Below, one piece after another: positions 29,260-39,239 of a stretch of 64,000 nt of DNA (position 1 is its first letter; every line of letters begins with the position of its first letter). The DNA comes from a bacterium (GTDB lineage: Bacteria > Hinthialibacterota > Hinthialibacteria > Hinthialibacterales > Hinthialibacteraceae): positions 36,735-100,734 of the forward strand of contig JBHGBC010000005.1 in assembly GCA_041946805.1 (NCBI GenBank), in the 5' to 3' direction. The notes beneath the pieces are model-generated. The model worked only from the letters and a program-made list of their open reading frames with translations, had not been told where the DNA came from and did not search any database. Both the position numbers and the translations under genes were made by a program.

Positions 29260-30546
29260 ATGAACATGTCCGTGGATCAAGCATTCAGTCCCGTCCGTTA
29301 TGCCGTTCTCGTCACCGGCGAAGAACTCCTCACCGGCCAGCGGGCCGATTCGCATATTCCTTTTCTCACGAAAACCCTCAACGCCCTCGGCCTGGAATGC
29401 GCCTGCGGTTTACTGGCGGGCGACTCCGGGCCGGACCTGGCCCGGTTGATCCGGCTGGCGCTGGCGGAAGCCCCGCTGGTGATCGTGACCGGCGGTCTCG
29501 GTCCGACCGTGGATGACGTCACCCGCGAAGCCATCAGCGAAGCCACCGGCATCCCCCTGGAAGAGAATCCCGAGGCCCTCAAACGGTTGAAGGCCCGGTT
29601 CCGCGCGTTCCGGCGTCCCATGACCGCCAACAACCGGCGGCAGGGGCGCGTGCCCACACGGGGAGGCTTTTTCCCCAATCCCAACGGAACCGCCCCCGGC
29701 CTGTATTACGATGCCGGAGAATGCCTCGTCATCGCCCTGCCGGGTCCACCCCGCGAACTGATTCCCATGGTAAACGATCAGCTGGTTCCCTTCCTGCGGG
29801 AGCGTTACCACCCGTGTCCGCGGCGGATCTCCACGCGCTTTCAAATCGCCTGCCTGGGCGAATCGAATATCGACCAGCTCCTGCGCGACCGGGTGGGAGA
29901 GGAACCAGGACTGGCGGTCGCGTCCCTGTCCCAGCCGGGCGAGGTGGAATTGACTCTGTCCCTCCCGGCTGATTCCCCCGGCGCGCGGGACCGTCTTTCC
30001 CGCTGCGCGGAGATCGTCCGGAGAGAAATGGGCGACGCAGTCTTTTCGGAGAACGATGAATCTCTCGCCGCGGTTATCGGCCGGTTGCTGCGGGAACGGG
30101 ACGAAACATTGTCCGTGGCGGAATCGTGCACGGGCGGCCTGCTGGGCTCGTGGATCACGGCCGTTCCGGGCGCGTCCGGTTATTACGCGGGTGGCGTGAT
30201 CGCGTACAGCAATCCGGTGAAGGAACAGGTGCTCGGCGTGTCCCCCGCGACCCTCGCGAATCACGGCGCGGTGAGCCGCGAGACGGCTTGTGAAATGGCG
30301 GTGGGCGCGCGCCGCCTGCTGCGGTCCACGTGGTCGATCGGCATCACGGGCGTCGCGGGACCAGACGGCGGAAGCAGGGAGAAACCCGTGGGAACCGTAT
30401 GGGCGGCGGTTTGCGGCGCGGGAGACGAGACCTATCCCCTGCTGCTCACCTTTCCCGGCAGCCGGGAAATGATCCGCCGGCGGGCATGCGTATACGCACT
30501 GGATCAATTGCGCCGTCTTTTGCTAGAATTGCCCTTGCATCGATGA
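29260..30546 (+). CDS. cinA: CinA (MoCF-biosynthesis-like domain + PncC NMN deamidase)
   Basis: GEELLTG, TGGLGPTVDDVT, NGTAPG, LPGPPREL, AESCTGG, GAVS, ITGVAGPDGG. Confidence 0.92.
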   Translation: MNMSVDQAFSPVRYAVLVTGEELLTGQRADSHIPFLTKTLNALGLECACGLLAGDSGPDLARLIRLALAEAPLVIVTGGLGPTVDDVTREAISEATGIPLEENPEALKRLKARFRAFRRPMTANNRRQGRVPTRGGFFPNPNGTAPGLYYDAGECLVIALPGPPRELIPMVNDQLVPFLRERYHPCPRRISTRFQIACLGESNIDQLLRDRVGEEPGLAVASLSQPGEVELTLSLPADSPGARDRLSRCAEIVRREMGDAVFSENDESLAAVIGRLLRERDETLSVAESCTGGLLGSWITAVPGASGYYAGGVIAYSNPVKEQVLGVSPATLANHGAVSRETACEMAVGARRLLRSTWSIGITGVAGPDGGSREKPVGTVWAAVCGAGDETYPLLLTFPGSREMIRRRACVYALDQLRRLLLELPLHR

Positions 30547-30582
30547 TGTCCGGCCCACGGTGATGGAATCCTGAGGGAAACG

Positions 30583-32007
30583 ATGAGGCGCAATACCGTG
30601 AGAGGATTCTCCTGGAAATCGTACCAAACCCGGTTGCGGCGGCTTTTCCAGCGCTCCGGCGGCGATCCCCCGCCGGCGGGCGCGCCCGCGGACAAGATCA
30701 CCTTTTTGGTCAAGAAGAACGTCAAGCAACATCTGGATCTGGGCCGTGGACATCTGCAAAACAGCCGCTTTCCGGAAGCCATCCAGGAATTTCTGGTGGC
30801 GGTGGATATCGATCCCAAATGCGCGTTGTCCTATTTCAATCTGGCCTACGCCTACCACGAACTCGGCCAATACGACGCCGCCCGGGAGTACTACGAGAAA
30901 GCCATCGAAATCGAACCCACCTGCTCCCTGTTCCTTGAAAACCTGGCGCGGCTCAATTTCGAAGTGTTGGATTATTCGGAAGCCGCACGGGTCTTCCAAC
31001 GCGCCTCTTCCTCGGGAACCATTCAGCCGCTGAGTCTGGGATTGTGGGGACGCGCCCTGTTTGAACAGGGCCTGTACGAGGAATCGATCGCGGCCTTCGA
31101 CGCCCTCAAGGACCGTCACCAGCAGCCGGTCATCCAAGCGGGAGCGAAATACTGGCAGTCGGTCGCGCATATCAAAATGGGACGCATCCCCGCGGCGCGC
31201 CACATTACCGAATCCCTGTTGCGCCAGGAAAAAACCGACTTCAAGATCCTCTACGACTTGGGCGAGCATTTCATCGAGGCGCGCTGCCTGGGCATCGCCC
31301 GCCGGATCTTCGAGAAAATCGCCGTTGAACACGAGGAATTTCTGCTGGCCCGCCTGCGGCTGGAAGACCTCCGCGCCCTGGAAAAGCAAATCGACGAGAT
31401 GCTTCCTAAATTATTTGACGGCGACGAGGACCGTCTCCTCTACCAGATCCACACGCTGCGGGAATTCGGGGACGAACGGATTTCCAAGGCGTTGCTCTCC
31501 CTGCTTCCCTCTTCTTCCGCGCCGATTCGGGAAAGCATCATCCGGTATCAAACCCGGTTCGGTTTTCCGGTCACGGACAAGATCCTTTCCCTGCTCGAAG
31601 ACCCGGTTGCCTACGTGCGCGACGCCGCTTTTGAGCACATGCTCAAATCCGATTCCCCCGAATACCTTTCGGAAATGCGCAAGGGACTATCCGACCGGCT
31701 CCTGGCTGTCCGGAAAAAAGCGGTTATCTATCTGGGTTTGTACGCAAAGATGGAACATCTCCCCGACCTGGAGATGGCTTTGGCCGATCCGGCCAACAAG
31801 GAGATCGCACCGGAGATCCGGCAGGCCTCCGCCCAGATCAAACGGCGGTATCAAAAGAACATCGACGCGTTGTTCTACACCAGCCCCGCGCTGCCTCCCG
31901 CGGCCGAGTCGAAAAATCCCGAGACCGCCTGGCGCTTTGTCCTGATGGTGCTGCTCCAAGCGGTCCTGATCGGATACTTTCTATACGTGCTCTTCACCCG
32001 GTGGTAA
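30583..32007 (+). CDS. TPR + HEAT-repeat protein with C-terminal membrane anchor
   Basis: TPR-like YFNLAYAYHELGQYDAAREYYEKAIEIEP; HEAT-like LLEDPVAYVRDAA; hydrophobic C-terminus. Confidence 0.8.
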   Translation: MRRNTVRGFSWKSYQTRLRRLFQRSGGDPPPAGAPADKITFLVKKNVKQHLDLGRGHLQNSRFPEAIQEFLVAVDIDPKCALSYFNLAYAYHELGQYDAAREYYEKAIEIEPTCSLFLENLARLNFEVLDYSEAARVFQRASSSGTIQPLSLGLWGRALFEQGLYEESIAAFDALKDRHQQPVIQAGAKYWQSVAHIKMGRIPAARHITESLLRQEKTDFKILYDLGEHFIEARCLGIARRIFEKIAVEHEEFLLARLRLEDLRALEKQIDEMLPKLFDGDEDRLLYQIHTLREFGDERISKALLSLLPSSSAPIRESIIRYQTRFGFPVTDKILSLLEDPVAYVRDAAFEHMLKSDSPEYLSEMRKGLSDRLLAVRKKAVIYLGLYAKMEHLPDLEMALADPANKEIAPEIRQASAQIKRRYQKNIDALFYTSPALPPAAESKNPETAWRFVLMVLLQAVLIGYFLYVLFTRW

Positions 32008-32253
32008 GTCCTGTATCCATCTTATCCAAACACCTGCCCCATCCCGGGAAAACGAATTGCATCGCGCCCTCCGGGATTCATTCCCCAAAACATCCTTCTT
32101 ACGCGCCAATATCCAACTCTCCAAACCGCATGCGCGTATAACCACGCTCCCCCGCTTTCAACAACCAGGGGCACGTAGCCTCGTGCCCCTGGATTCCCAT
32201 ACCCTTCTTTACGCAAGAGAGACTGGTTTCGTGGTCTCTACATGATGTGGTCT

Positions 32254-33036
32254 CTACATGAAATTGGTGATGTCGTCTTCGGCCACGACCTCCGCATCGT
32301 TTTCCTGAATATTGCCGGCGCGGGCCCGGTCTTCATTATCGAAATATTCATCTTTATCGTTGTCGATCTTGTCCGTATCGATCATGGAACCGATGCCGCC
32401 GTTGTCCTGCCGGGGCGTGATCGTTGTTTCATCCGGACCGAAGGAGACCAACTGAAACGAGGTGGGATTGTAGGGCTTGTAGCGCTTGTCTTCCCTCATC
32501 TCCCAGGCGCAAGGCGCGTCAAATTTGAAGGTGTTGCGCTTGCTGGCGTTGCGGAAATCGGTCCGGCCGCCGGGATTATAGACTTCACTGCTGATGTAAT
32601 AGATCGGATTTCCCCAGGCGTCCACAAAGATGTTTTCATCCATTTGCGCGCGGAGCGCGTTCGCGGGAACACCGGCCTGCTGCAATATCCGCTCGATGCG
32701 GTCATCCGTGACGCTCTTGTTGGGATTCTGCCAAATAGGCACCCGGTCGCTCTTCTTCACCATGCGGACCTCGTTGGCGCCCGGCTCATAGGGAGACTTG
32801 GCCTGTTCGGTCAGAGCTAGATAGAGTTTTTGGCAATCGAAACTTTCCGGATACTTGCCAAAATCGTTTTTATAGGTTGTGATGGTGACGCTCAGGCTGG
32901 AGATCAACGCTTTGGTTTTGGCGATTTTTGCCTTGCGCAGCTGTTCCTGCACGTTCGGCACCAGGATAACGGACAGGATGCCGATAATGGCGACCACCAC
33001 TAATAGTTCCACAAGGGAGAAGGCGTTCTTTTTCAT
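32254..33036 (-). CDS. GspG-like pseudopilin
   Basis: MKKNA|FSLVELLVVVAIIGIL..ILVP; YKNDFGKYP, DAWGNPIYY, LVSFGPD, DDITNF motifs. Confidence 0.88.
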   Translation of the reverse strand: MKKNAFSLVELLVVVAIIGILSVILVPNVQEQLRKAKIAKTKALISSLSVTITTYKNDFGKYPESFDCQKLYLALTEQAKSPYEPGANEVRMVKKSDRVPIWQNPNKSVTDDRIERILQQAGVPANALRAQMDENIFVDAWGNPIYYISSEVYNPGGRTDFRNASKRNTFKFDAPCAWEMREDKRYKPYNPTSFQLVSFGPDETTITPRQDNGGIGSMIDTDKIDNDKDEYFDNEDRARAGNIQENDAEVVAEDDITNFM

Positions 33037-33066
33037 GGAAAAATCTCTTTGATGACCGGGAATCAA

Positions 33067-33440
33067 CTGTTTCGCTTTATTCTACCCTTGAATATAAGAG
33101 AAAGATCCGGGAGTGTCAACATAATCGGCTTCGATCCGGGCGGGAATTGTGCTATTCTCATTCGCTTCGGAGAACCTGTGAGTGGACTGTGAGTTTTTTT
33201 CCGGTTATCCACAAGTCCGCGGCGGCCGGAATATTTATCCACAATCCGCCAAAATAAACTCAAGGATTGTTCACAGGTTATTATCGTTATAAGTTTATAA
33301 GAAACAAGATGATACATCATGTTTGGCTTTTCATTCACACCCTTTTAAATAATAATAGAGGGATTTAAAAGGGTTTAAAACATTTAAACCAAAAAGACGG
33401 TTGTGAGTTTCCTCATTCTCTTTCCGGATGGGAGGCGCCC
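33067..33440. other. oriC: Probable chromosomal replication origin (oriC)
   Basis: Perfect TTATCCACA at 33205-33213 and 33235-33243, TTGTTCACA 33267-33275, TCATTCACA 33331-33339, AT-rich tract to ~33390; directly upstream of dnaN; parS and parAB nearby. Confidence 0.8.
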
Positions 33441-34553
33441 ATGAAATTTAAATGTTCGAGCCAGGTCCTGAGCCGGGGCATATCCGCGGTCCGTAACGCG
33501 GTGGGAAGTCCCATCTCCAATCCGATCGTGGAGAATATTCATGTTTCCTGCGAAGCGGACAAGGTGCGTTTTCATGCCACGAACCTGAATCTGACCATCC
33601 GCTGCGAGGGGGAAGCGCAGGTGGAGGAGCCGGGTGGGATCGTGCTTCCTTCCAAAATCATCGTGGAAGTGTTCATGGATCTTCCTCCAGGAGAGGCCTC
33701 GTTTGAATGCCGGGAGGAGACGGCGCGAATTCAATGCGGAGAGTTCAAGGCCCGGATGAAGGGGCAATCGGAGGAATTGTTTCCCCCGTTTATGGCGCTG
33801 GATGAGGGAGAGGAAATTCGTATCGGCGCGGGAACGTTGAAGGATATCATTCGCAAGACGATCATTGCCACGTCCACCGACAAGTCCCGTTTTGAACTGG
33901 ACGGCGTGAAGTGTGAGTTGAAAGGCAAGGAGATCATTTGGGTGGCCACGGACGGCCGGCGCCTTTCTTTTTACTCGATGGGCATGGAGGGTTTGCCGGA
34001 ACAGGAAATATCCTCCCTGATCCCCACAAAAACCTTGCAGGAAGTCCAGCGGACCCTGCCTGACGAAGGAGAAATCAACCTGCGTCTGCAGGCGCGGAAG
34101 ATTCAGTTCCAGGCCGGCGACACGACCATTATTACGAATCTTCTGGCGGATAATTTTCCGCAATACCAAAAAATTATTCCCCCGGAAGGGCAGTATGCGT
34201 TGCGCGCGAAGCGGGAGGAACTCGCCGCCGCCGTAAAACGGGCGTCTTACCTAAGCAATGTGGAAACCAAGATGATCATCTTGAGGATGTCCCCCAATGA
34301 AGTGGAGGTTTTTGGCGAGCGGGAAGAGGTCGGCGGCGAGGGACGTGACATGATCAGCGCCGAGTTTGAAGGGGAAAAGATCGAAATGCGGTTCAATTCC
34401 GAATATCTGCTGGACTGCCTCCGTGTGCTGGATGAGGAATCCGTGGAGTTGCGGGTTCACGACGTGCGGAAACCAGGGATTATCCGGGGTGTGGGCAACT
34501 CGAATTTCTTGTACGTGATCATGCCGATCCGGCCGCCGGAAGGAGAAGAGTAA
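33441..34553 (+). CDS. dnaN: DNA polymerase III beta sliding clamp
   Basis: PIVENI, ATNL, VATDGRRL, FPQYQKIIP, FNSEYLLD, C-terminal VIMPIR. Confidence 0.96.
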   Translation: MKFKCSSQVLSRGISAVRNAVGSPISNPIVENIHVSCEADKVRFHATNLNLTIRCEGEAQVEEPGGIVLPSKIIVEVFMDLPPGEASFECREETARIQCGEFKARMKGQSEELFPPFMALDEGEEIRIGAGTLKDIIRKTIIATSTDKSRFELDGVKCELKGKEIIWVATDGRRLSFYSMGMEGLPEQEISSLIPTKTLQEVQRTLPDEGEINLRLQARKIQFQAGDTTIITNLLADNFPQYQKIIPPEGQYALRAKREELAAAVKRASYLSNVETKMIILRMSPNEVEVFGEREEVGGEGRDMISAEFEGEKIEMRFNSEYLLDCLRVLDEESVELRVHDVRKPGIIRGVGNSNFLYVIMPIRPPEGEE

Positions 34554-34709
34554 CGAGGCGGGGGATGATCATCCGGGAAATAAAAAAAAGGAGTGGATAT
34601 TCCCTGGTAAAGGAATCGAGGGTTAAGCGCAAATCCTTGAAAATAAAAGGTTTTAAACTGGCAGACGGGGTGGAGCGGGTTCCGGGGGAGAGGGAATTTG
34701 CAAATTTTC

Positions 34710-34738
34710 TTGCTTCTTTCCGTTCAAGCAATTATACT
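34710..34738 (+). promoter_or_regulatory. Putative sigma70 promoter
   Basis: TTGCTT-17 nt-TATACT upstream of the small ORF at 34777. Confidence 0.55.
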
Positions 34739-34776
34739 TGTATCTCATACCCCGAATTCAGGAAATATTTGTTGTT

Positions 34777-35052
34777 ATGTTCCCAGATATGAAAAGAAAA
34801 CTCAAAAGCGATCAAACGAGAAACACCAATCCTCGTTTCGATCGGGAGTTGGCGATTGAACGCGCGTGTTACTGTCCTTCCTACAGCCCCAGCAAAATCC
34901 GGATCCAGGAATATTTCGTTTGTGATCCGCCCCGCCCGCCGCTGGACATTTGTGACACTTGTCCGATCAATGGATTGCGGGAGCCCTCGACGATAGTTAT
35001 CGCGTCGTACGTCAAGCCAGGCGAACTTGAAGACGTGGAAGAGGAACTATAA
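34777..35052 (+). CDS. Small hypothetical Cys-motif protein
   Basis: CYC...C...CDTC motif, basic N-terminus, acidic C-terminus, own promoter; start may be 34789. Confidence 0.55.
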   Translation: MFPDMKRKLKSDQTRNTNPRFDRELAIERACYCPSYSPSKIRIQEYFVCDPPRPPLDICDTCPINGLREPSTIVIASYVKPGELEDVEEEL

Positions 35053-35072
35053 ACGCGCCATGGCTGGAAGGA

Positions 35073-35279
35073 TCACTTTTCCGAGGTTTTCCGCAAGAGA
35101 ATCCAGGCGATTGCGAATAGAAGAACGGAATTGGAAAAATTCAAGAAACTCAGAGGCTTGATGGGGAAGGTGGTGCTGATCCCCATGGCCGAGAGATCCA
35201 CGCCGATCAATTTGATCAAGACTCCCACCACGATCGAAAGACCCGCCAGCAATACTAATATCTTCGGTCCATTGTTCAT
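35073..35279 (-). CDS. Small 2-TM membrane protein
   Basis: GGGAGG RBS; two hydrophobic helices; PLSFLNFSNSVLLFAIA. Confidence 0.7.
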   Translation of the reverse strand: MNNGPKILVLLAGLSIVVGVLIKLIGVDLSAMGISTTFPIKPLSFLNFSNSVLLFAIAWILLRKTSEK

Positions 35280-35507
35280 GAGTATCCTCCCTGTCTTCTC
35301 CATGGTTGTCCGCGCCACGCGGAAAGATGATATATAGCAAATTCCGCCGTGGAAATAAACGTTCGCAGCGACTGCAGACGGTTTTTTTCTTGATCCAGGA
35401 AGGAGAGGAACCCATTTGACGCATGACCGCGGTAGCCAGGGCGGCTTGTTATGAGCCCCCAAAAGTTATGGAAAATCTTCAAAACATATAATCAGATTTT
35501 GAATATT

Positions 35508-38390
35508 TCATAAAATCCAAATTTCAAAGATGGTCCACCAGCTGTTGTCCGGAGTGGGGGAGACATGAATTTCCACCACGGAGGCCTCGATCGTATCGTT
35601 CAGGACCAGAACGCTGGACCGTATTTCCGGTTCGTAGCGGAGGGATCCCGCCACGATGTTCGCGCCTTGGGGAGTTTTCAACATGACCAGATTCTCCCGG
35701 GTGCGGTCGGAACTTTTCGTTCCATGAAACAAAATCAGTTTGGAGACAGGGCGCGGTACAGGGAAAGTCACCCGGAAATAGGCTCCCGATGCGGGGATGG
35801 CATCGCTGGACCAGTAGGTTTCCCGGTTGTAGGCGCGGACGCTGATATTGTTGTCCGCGGCAGCCAGCTGGTAATTGGGGTTGGACGCTTCCAGCCGCCA
35901 GGTGTTTTTGGGATTACGAGGTTCGCCCGGGGGAGGCAGAAACAGGATATAAGGATCCATCTCCAACCGGTCATAATTCAGCCATCGCGGCCCGAAAAGG
36001 GCCTCCAAATTTTCCATGGTCAAGGCGGAATACAACATGGGATCGCCTGTGGTGTTGTTGTAACAAAAATCCTTGTGAAATAGATAACCAACACGCGCGG
36101 CTTTGACGATTTCCTGGGCGGAATCCTCCAACCGGCGCGAAAGGCGTCCGAAAGCCAGGATATCCTGATCCGCGTCGAAGGCCAGGCATTCACCCACCCA
36201 GTCCCGCCCCGGCGTGCCCGTAAGGTAATCGAAGCCCTGATCGCAGAGGAGATACCGAATGGAGCGTTCGCGCAGGGCGGATTTGATTTCCTCGAAATGT
36301 GTGGGAATCCAGAGTCCCTGGTAGGATAAGCTGGCCGGCTGATGGCAAAGCGGGGAATAATCAGCCAAGGGGGTGGCCAGGGACATGCCATACATGAATA
36401 GCGAGGCGGCGGAAAGCGATGGGGAGATCCGCCACAAAAACCGGAAGAAAACATAAAGCAGGACGGGTAAGGACCAGTAAAGGGGGATGGCGTACCAGGG
36501 CCAAATCCCGAAGGGCGAGTAACTCACGAATAGAATGGTCAATAGCATGAAAGCGAAAATTGCGTTCCGGACAACCGGTTCCGAGAGCATTTTTTCATCT
36601 GCCTGTACGCGGTAGGCGATCCAGGGGAAGAGAACCAGGCCGATCAGAAAAAACAGGGGAGGGAACCAGGGGAACAACGCGGCGGGCAGGTCATGCTGAT
36701 GGTCATACGGCGCGCGGGATCCGAAGAACACGGGAAGGCACTCTCCCAGAAATCGGTCCAGAAGAGGATTTTCTCCCGCCACCCGGGCGGCGGGCAAAGC
36801 TCTGCCTTTCGCGACAAATTCCAGGGCGGAGAGTCCTTCCCCCAGGAAGGGGGATATCCAATACGGCGCCGTGAAGAGGAGCAGGCTGAGAAAAGCCAAG
36901 GCGGCTCCGGACTGAACCACACCCATAAGAGCCTTGTGCTTCATGGAGTGCGGAAGATGGACATCGATCCATAGCCGCATGATCCTTCGGCCGGCGAGGT
37001 GGAGAAGGAGTAGACCGGTGGAGAGGATAAAGGGCAAGACAATGGGGAGTTCGTAAAAACTGAGGCCTGCCAGGGTTCCCCAAAGGAGCGCTTTCCCGGG
37101 GGTTAGCCGTCCCGCCCGCCAACCGGAGAGAACCAAAAACCAAAGCCCGGCCCCGCAGACGAGTGAAAACGAGTATCCAAACCAGGTTTTGGAGAAAATC
37201 CAGTGATAATGCAATCCACCCAGACCCAGGCTGAGAAAGGCGCATAAGGCTAGCGCGGGAGAGCCGAATTGCCATAACGTGACGCAGGTTAGCGCAAGAA
37301 AGAGCAAACCCCAGATTTCCGGAAGAGCATGCAAACCCACCGCCGGAGATTTTCCCCAGAAGAGGGAAAGCGCCAGGGGGAAAACTTCTACGGTGCCTTG
37401 GTACGGCTGGCCGTAGTGAAAGAGAGGGGGTGATTGCCCGGTCTGGAGGCGTTGGGCCATCAGTCCGAAGGCCGCTTCGTCGGCTTCGTAGTAGTAACGG
37501 CTGTTTTGGAAGAAATCAAGGCGGATCACAACAAACAAAACGATTCCCGCCACCCAGCCGAGGCTCATGAACAAAGTGGCGTGGCGCTGGATCCACGCGG
37601 CAATGGCTAAACAAAGATGGTTCAGGGTGGGAATCCATAAGAAAAGCGCTAGCAGCAAAAACAGAGAGGAGAGTATTCGGGAGAGGGGATAGATAGCCGG
37701 GGAAATGGGTGGCAAACCCTGAATGAAAGGACCTTGCAAGGGCGTAAACGGGGGCTGATGGAATTGTGAGAAAGCGATGGAGAGGCGGGGAATGGGATTC
37801 AGGGAAGTGGTCTCGCATTCGATTTCGTGAAGCCCCGGTCGAAGTGATACCGGAACCAGCCGGTGGCGGGAGGATTCATCGGCCTCGAAGCGGGCGATTT
37901 CAGTTCCGTCCAATTTCCATGCCGCGCGGCCGTTACTGGCGTGCGGGAGAGCGTAAAAGGCCTCTTCGGAAACCAGAAAGGCGCACGAGAAACGCATTAT
38001 CCCTTGATCCAAGTTGAGAAAGGCGGGGAGAAAAAGAGTGGGATTGATATCGAGAACCGGGAGATCCAGTATGCGGGTCGTGGATTGGCCGGTGCGCGTA
38101 TCGGTGAAAGTAAAGCGAATCCCTTGGGGCGGGGAAATGACGTAAAAAAGCAGCGCGGCGGTGAGGAAGATCGAAGCCAAGGGCAGATAACGCCGGGATG
38201 CCCGAGGTTGGACGATCCAATCCAGGAAGGGTAGAGGAAGGCAGCGCCAAAGGCATTTAATATAACTCCAGCCGAGTACCAGCAAGCTTAAGCCGATGCC
38301 GAGCAGGCGCAACTGGAAACCGGGACCGGGGGCGGTCAACAGCAACACAATCGTAAAAAAAGCGATGGCAAAGAGGGAATTTAGCAGCAT
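35508..38390 (-). CDS. Large polytopic membrane protein, GT-C glycosyltransferase-like
   Basis: ADEAAFGLMA...PLFHYGQPYQG first-loop motif typical of GT-C folds; many TM helices; PA14-like and discoidin-like soluble parts (inference). Confidence 0.7.
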   Translation of the reverse strand: MLLNSLFAIAFFTIVLLLTAPGPGFQLRLLGIGLSLLVLGWSYIKCLWRCLPLPFLDWIVQPRASRRYLPLASIFLTAALLFYVISPPQGIRFTFTDTRTGQSTTRILDLPVLDINPTLFLPAFLNLDQGIMRFSCAFLVSEEAFYALPHASNGRAAWKLDGTEIARFEADESSRHRLVPVSLRPGLHEIECETTSLNPIPRLSIAFSQFHQPPFTPLQGPFIQGLPPISPAIYPLSRILSSLFLLLALFLWIPTLNHLCLAIAAWIQRHATLFMSLGWVAGIVLFVVIRLDFFQNSRYYYEADEAAFGLMAQRLQTGQSPPLFHYGQPYQGTVEVFPLALSLFWGKSPAVGLHALPEIWGLLFLALTCVTLWQFGSPALALCAFLSLGLGGLHYHWIFSKTWFGYSFSLVCGAGLWFLVLSGWRAGRLTPGKALLWGTLAGLSFYELPIVLPFILSTGLLLLHLAGRRIMRLWIDVHLPHSMKHKALMGVVQSGAALAFLSLLLFTAPYWISPFLGEGLSALEFVAKGRALPAARVAGENPLLDRFLGECLPVFFGSRAPYDHQHDLPAALFPWFPPLFFLIGLVLFPWIAYRVQADEKMLSEPVVRNAIFAFMLLTILFVSYSPFGIWPWYAIPLYWSLPVLLYVFFRFLWRISPSLSAASLFMYGMSLATPLADYSPLCHQPASLSYQGLWIPTHFEEIKSALRERSIRYLLCDQGFDYLTGTPGRDWVGECLAFDADQDILAFGRLSRRLEDSAQEIVKAARVGYLFHKDFCYNNTTGDPMLYSALTMENLEALFGPRWLNYDRLEMDPYILFLPPPGEPRNPKNTWRLEASNPNYQLAAADNNISVRAYNRETYWSSDAIPASGAYFRVTFPVPRPVSKLILFHGTKSSDRTRENLVMLKTPQGANIVAGSLRYEPEIRSSVLVLNDTIEASVVEIHVSPTPDNSWWTIFEIWIL

Positions 38391-38474
38391 TAGAATTGAC
38401 CCATAAACGTCATGCCCGTATCCTAAGCGAGCGGAAGAATCCGGGCAAGACTATAGGAAGGCGAGGAGACGAGA

Positions 38475-39215
38475 ATGGCCGAGAAGATTCGGGTGCTGGT
38501 AAACGGCGCCCGGGGGAAGATGGGTACGGAGGCGGTACGGGCGGTGCGGGGCGCGGAGGACATGGAACTGGTGGCGGAGACCGATGTGGAGGATTCTCTG
38601 AGTGAGGCAATCCGCGACAGCGGAGCGCAGGTGGTGGTTGATTTCACTACGCCGCATTGCGCCTTTCAGAACGCCTTGACCATCGTGGAAGCGGGCGCGG
38701 GGGGCGTGATCGGGACCACGGGATTCACGCCGGATCAGATCGACGAGCTGGAGATCAAATGCGCGGGGAAGCATCCCGCCCTGCTCATTGCTCCGAATTT
38801 CGCCATCGGAGCTGTGATGATGATGCATTGCGCGCAAATCATCGCGCGGCACATGCCCGAAGTGGAGATCGTGGAATTACATCACAATGCCAAGGTGGAT
38901 GCGCCTTCAGGAACCGCTATCAAGACCGCCGAACTCATTGCCCAGGCGCGGAACAAGGGGATTGTTCCACGTGGAACAATCGAGCCGGCCGCCCGGGGAG
39001 AGCGGTTTCATGGCATTCCCGTTCACAGTGTCCGCCTTCCCGGCTTGCTGGCGCATCAATCGGTTATCTTCGGCAGTGACGGACAGACGCTAACCTTGCG
39101 GCATGATTCCATCAACCGGACCTGCTTTATGCCCGGCGTGTTGCTGGGCATTCGGGAAGTGCCGCACCGCAAAGGACTGATTTATGGTTTGGAGCATCTC
39201 CTGTTTGCGGAATGA
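38475..39215 (+). CDS. dapB: 4-hydroxy-tetrahydrodipicolinate reductase
   Basis: GARGKMG, VDFT, IGTTG, APNFAIG, ELHHNAKVDAPSGTA, HSVRLPG. Confidence 0.96.
   Translation: MAEKIRVLVNGARGKMGTEAVRAVRGAEDMELVAETDVEDSLSEAIRDSGAQVVVDFTTPHCAFQNALTIVEAGAGGVIGTTGFTPDQIDELEIKCAGKHPALLIAPNFAIGAVMMMHCAQIIARHMPEVEIVELHHNAKVDAPSGTAIKTAELIAQARNKGIVPRGTIEPAARGERFHGIPVHSVRLPGLLAHQSVIFGSDGQTLTLRHDSINRTCFMPGVLLGIREVPHRKGLIYGLEHLLFAE
38963..38978. promoter_or_regulatory. parS: parS site inside dapB
   Basis: Perfect TGTTCCACGTGGAACA, extending to a 20-bp palindrome at 38961-38980. Confidence 0.9.
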
Positions 39216-39239
39216 GGGAACGATAATGATGAAACGGAA

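Noticed and set aside
33063..33338. 91-aa ORF in the dnaN upstream region
   Set aside because: Overlaps the DnaA boxes, has no RBS or motifs; better explained as origin DNA.
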